Origin: a virus
Lineage: Duplodnaviria; Caudoviricetes
Strand: one strand, 5' to 3'
DNA: 26,124 bases
Virus record (IMG/VR): IMGVR_UViG_3300042441_000082
Span: 1-26,124 of that record
Of this stretch, positions 23,046 through 26,124 are shown piece by piece; the stretch's first letter is position 1, and every line of letters starts with the position of its first letter. The position numbers were made by a program, and so were the translations under genes. The notes beneath the pieces were generated by a model that was given only the letters and a program-made list of their open reading frames with translations, did no database searches and had not been told where the DNA came from.

Positions 23046-24113
23046 ATGCTTCATCTTCAAGAGACACAATTTCTTAAAAGGATTGCGGATCAGATTCAGG
23101 CACTGAAAAATATTGATTTAGAAATGCTCCAAAAGAGCAATGATCTTGCAAATGAAATTGACTTTGACGATGTAATACTAATGATAAAGGATTATCTGGA
23201 ACTATTTAAGCCTCTTTACAATCGAGACTTTTCTATACTACCTCATAACAAACTCGACAACTTACTAACATCATTCACAAAGGTGCATGAATTAGCTTCT
23301 GAGATTGAGAGTTTTGAAATTGGACAAGATGAAAACACTACAGAGAGATACAATAAAATCATCAGCAAATTTATTTCAACTAGAGGCGAAATACTTAGCG
23401 GCATTCTACTGCCCTTGGCAGTAACCGGAATTCAAGAAATTGATGTTAATTCAATCCAGAGAAAAGCTGATGAATTATTCAAGCAGATCGAAGCTAAAAA
23501 TGATCAATTAAATGCGTTGTTAGAACATGGAAAAAATGAAAGAGAATACAACAGGAAGGAAGCTGAAGAATCTCTTACAAATATTCGAAAGATGTCAGCT
23601 TATGCTGGCGTAACTGCCAATGCAGAGGCATTTCATAATCAATCTACAGCTCACTCTGAAGCAGCTCAAAAGTGGCTCAATGCAACAGTTATAGCTGTTG
23701 CGATAACTGCAATTGTGGCTGCCTTATTTTTCCTCAACGTTTATTTGCATAAACCTGAGTCTGTGCCTGAATCAATTCAGCTTGTTTTTGCAAAACTGGT
23801 GATAATCTCAATTTTAACTTTTGCTGTCGTCCTGTGTTCCAAAAACTATAAATCACACAAGCACAATCAGACACTGTATGAGCACAGAGCAACAACATTA
23901 GACACGTTTGAGGTATTTTATACCGGCTCAAAAGATGAGCATGTCAAAGATGCGATTTTGTTACAAGCTGCCTATGCCGCATTTGGTAACCGGCAAACAG
24001 GTTTTGAATCCATACAAGAAAAGGATTCCCCGCCACCGATGCAAATTGTGGATGTGTTAAACAAAACAGTTAAAACTGCGGGTGATATGGGTAAGAATAC
24101 CGGCCATTCATAA
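23046..24113 (+). CDS. Coiled-coil, two-TM membrane protein (inserted gene, unknown function)
   Basis: Probable ATG 23046 (TTG 23028 alternative); hydrophobic WLNATVIAVAITAIVAALFFL and LVFAKLVIISILTFAVVLC; visibly AT-richer than neighbours. Confidence 0.8.
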   Translation: MLHLQETQFLKRIADQIQALKNIDLEMLQKSNDLANEIDFDDVILMIKDYLELFKPLYNRDFSILPHNKLDNLLTSFTKVHELASEIESFEIGQDENTTERYNKIISKFISTRGEILSGILLPLAVTGIQEIDVNSIQRKADELFKQIEAKNDQLNALLEHGKNEREYNRKEAEESLTNIRKMSAYAGVTANAEAFHNQSTAHSEAAQKWLNATVIAVAITAIVAALFFLNVYLHKPESVPESIQLVFAKLVIISILTFAVVLCSKNYKSHKHNQTLYEHRATTLDTFEVFYTGSKDEHVKDAILLQAAYAAFGNRQTGFESIQEKDSPPPMQIVDVLNKTVKTAGDMGKNTGHS

Positions 24114-24148
24114 AAAAGCCCTCTTTCACGTCGAGGTGTGACAGAGGG
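24112..24148 (-). repeat. 37-bp direct repeat copy 2 (36/37 identical)
   Basis: AAAAAAGCCCTCTTTCACGTCGAGGTGTGACAGAGGG, overlapping the stop of the + strand gene. Confidence 0.9.
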
Positions 24149-24183
24149 ACCATGCGAAACAGTGAGCATGCATAACTCAGTTA

Positions 24184-24191
24184 TATTTATG
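24184..24191 (-). promoter_or_regulatory. Late-promoter-like motif gCATAAATA
   Basis: Intergenic, 35 nt upstream of repeat copy 2. Confidence 0.5.
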
Positions 24192-24303
24192 CGTGTCAGC
24201 TTTGAAACTGAAAGCATTGCACGTAAGCTCTCTGTCAGCATCTCTGATTGATACCTTACAAGAGTTGTAACAGTTGATTTTGGGGGCTCTGTGGCTCTGG
24301 AAA

Positions 24304-26124
24304 TCATAGATCAGGGGGCTTACCTCTGATGTCATCAGGGCAGAGGCTGATTTTAGGTGTTTCGCAAACACCTACAGTATTATGTCTTTGTTTTTTTATT
24401 GATGCTGTAACAGCCTCTGCAACAATATCAACAGGTAAGCCTGTTTTGCTGATGCGTTCCCAAGTTGGGGTTTGCAAATAATACTTGCCCTCTTGGTAGC
24501 AATAAGCTTTATCAGTATCAGCAACATAATCACAGATCACAATGTTTTTGTCGTTGGCAATGTCTCGCATATACCGCCATCTTTTGACATCCCATTTTTT
24601 TGACAGTTGTCCTGCCTCATGCATGATGTTGTGCACTTGCTCTGCTCTGGCTTCTGGGCAACCGCCATCTTTGTATTGGGCAGACTTCCGGCAAAACTCA
24701 TTGATAGCGAGATAACCGGCAAAATCATCTGATGTAATGATGTGTGATTTTTTGTAAGAGATGATTTCCCCTGATTCCTCAACTCTGCCTCTGCGGGTCA
24801 CTTTTTTAATTGGGGCAGGTATGGTTTCTTTGGCAAACTTTCGAAACTTGGAAACATCAATCTTAAAGGTCTTACCTGAGCCCTTACACAATGCAGGATC
24901 AAACGTTTTTGAAATATAACGTAAGATGCCTTTGATCCTGTTTGCTCTCACAGGGTTGTTTTTTGAGCCTGTATAGAGCTGATGCTCATGTATCAAATCA
25001 ACTGCCTCTGTTGCTGTAAGGACACGTTTGGCAGATTGGCAGGCTCTGAGCAATGCTTTGTGCTGTCTCTCCCTGCTGTTGGGGATATCTTTTAGGTCTG
25101 CGTAATTGACAGACATAAACCGCTGCGAAGCATTTTTAAAATGTTTGGGGGGCTTGTCCCCCAAACCCGCATTGGCAGGAGCGGAGCGACTGACAAGAGG
25201 ACCTGTAACAACATCAGTGTCATCAATCACAGTCACTTTGCTTAGATCGACATCAGGCAGATTTGAGCAGCCCTCTTTGATTGCTGCGAAAAAAGCAAAT
25301 TTGTCTGCATTGGTGCATCTGTTTAAGAATCTGTTGAATTCAATAACTGAGTGAGTTTCGAAAATATGCCATTGATTATAGTTGTGCTCACTCTTGCCTT
25401 TGTATTTCCGGGCAACATTTGCAACATGACCTGTGTCAATGATTGTGTGTTTTTGGGGGTGCAGGGGCAGTTTTAAGGCTTTGCAGTTATAACCAAAGAC
25501 CTCAATGTTTTTGCCTGTGGCTTTTTCGATGGTCTTGTGCAGGTCTTCCGCAATTTTGGCAGCATAGTTTGCTGACAGATGTTTGTTTTTAGACCACATA
25601 AACCATTTTGCAGAGCCGTTATCAGGGTTGACCTCATAACTGAGGAAAAGCCCGTATTGCTCACAGTATTTCCGGGCAATCTGATCTGTTGTAATGCAGT
25701 CAATCAAAAACTGTTTGGCTTTGATATCTGCAAAATGTCTATCTAAATCAATCGCGATGTATGGCAGGTATTGTGTTTCCTCATCAATAACCAGACCTCT
25801 CCAATATCCTTTTTGATGAGACCAGAGCGGATCCAAATAATCAATGATTGCATCAGGATCACGTTTGAGTTGCGATCTGTGGTAATGAGATTTGGCAGCT
25901 CTCTCAAGATCTTTTTCAAACTGCCAGTAAGCATAGCCGCCTGTTTTGCTCACAATGGTACGTGTACCATCTGCTTTGATGTCGATATCAGGGGGTTGAT
26001 AAGCAAGATAAGATTTACCTCTGCCTTTGTAGAGTCTGCGTTGCAGGGCATGTGTTGCTTTTGATTCAGATTGCTCTTTTTGTGTTTTGCGTTTTTTGTT
26101 AAAATCAGTCATTAGTATCACCAT
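24304..26124 (-). CDS. Putative replication protein with divergent AEP primase-polymerase-like domain (606 aa)
   Basis: YIAIDLDRH (hhhDhD), YEVNPDNGSAKWF, NIEVF...LKLPLH resemble AEP motifs I-III; basic C-terminal half. Confidence 0.5.
   Translation of the reverse strand: MVILMTDFNKKRKTQKEQSESKATHALQRRLYKGRGKSYLAYQPPDIDIKADGTRTIVSKTGGYAYWQFEKDLERAAKSHYHRSQLKRDPDAIIDYLDPLWSHQKGYWRGLVIDEETQYLPYIAIDLDRHFADIKAKQFLIDCITTDQIARKYCEQYGLFLSYEVNPDNGSAKWFMWSKNKHLSANYAAKIAEDLHKTIEKATGKNIEVFGYNCKALKLPLHPQKHTIIDTGHVANVARKYKGKSEHNYNQWHIFETHSVIEFNRFLNRCTNADKFAFFAAIKEGCSNLPDVDLSKVTVIDDTDVVTGPLVSRSAPANAGLGDKPPKHFKNASQRFMSVNYADLKDIPNSRERQHKALLRACQSAKRVLTATEAVDLIHEHQLYTGSKNNPVRANRIKGILRYISKTFDPALCKGSGKTFKIDVSKFRKFAKETIPAPIKKVTRRGRVEESGEIISYKKSHIITSDDFAGYLAINEFCRKSAQYKDGGCPEARAEQVHNIMHEAGQLSKKWDVKRWRYMRDIANDKNIVICDYVADTDKAYCYQEGKYYLQTPTWERISKTGLPVDIVAEAVTASIKKQRHNTVGVCETPKISLCPDDIRGKPPDL

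Larger units (their letters stand above)
1..26124 (-). mobile_element. Siphovirus-type (HK97 head, non-contractile tail) phage/prophage segment
   Basis: Canonical order HNH-TerS-TerL-portal-protease-capsid-connector-closure-neck-terminator-tube-chaperones-tape measure on one strand; no integrase or host genes in the window, so free phage vs prophage cannot be decided. Confidence 0.95.

Noticed and set aside
22820-24148. 37-bp repeats as a CRISPR array
   Set aside because: Only two copies 1.29 kb apart, terminator-like with U-tract, no cas genes
32-26064. Many short + strand and nested ORFs in the six-frame track
   Set aside because: Antisense or out-of-frame shadows of well-supported phage genes; Ser/Leu/Phe-biased with no motifs
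1-26124. Alternative genetic code, tRNA/rRNA genes, integrase or att sites, lysis genes
   Set aside because: Genes are full length under the standard code with TAA, TAG and TGA all used as stops; none of these elements was recognisable

Overview
A contiguous phage or prophage segment, almost all on the - strand. Read right to left it encodes an AEP-primase-like replication protein, an inserted + strand membrane-protein gene bracketed by a 37-bp hairpin direct repeat, two small virion-type proteins, an HNH packaging nuclease, a probable cos region and a cluster of micro-ORFs. It continues with TerS/TerL, HK97-type portal, protease and capsid, head-tail joining genes, a glycosyltransferase/methyltransferase insert, a 998-aa repeat fibre fused to a tail-terminator domain, tail tube, frameshifted tail chaperones, a + strand methyltransferase insert, a short tape measure and tail-tip genes. 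The most striking feature is regulatory. An 8-mer (CA/AC/CC)TAnATA, with the form and -13..-6 spacing of T4 gp55-type late promoters, sits 4-5 nt before the ATG of nine genes that lack a usable Shine-Dalgarno, predicting leaderless gene-by-gene late transcription. Most SD-led genes start with TTG instead. The same motif also precedes hairpin terminators (candidate small RNAs) and an RBS-sequestering hairpin. No sigma factor, integrase or lysis gene is visible. All product calls come from motif recognition by eye; no searches were run.
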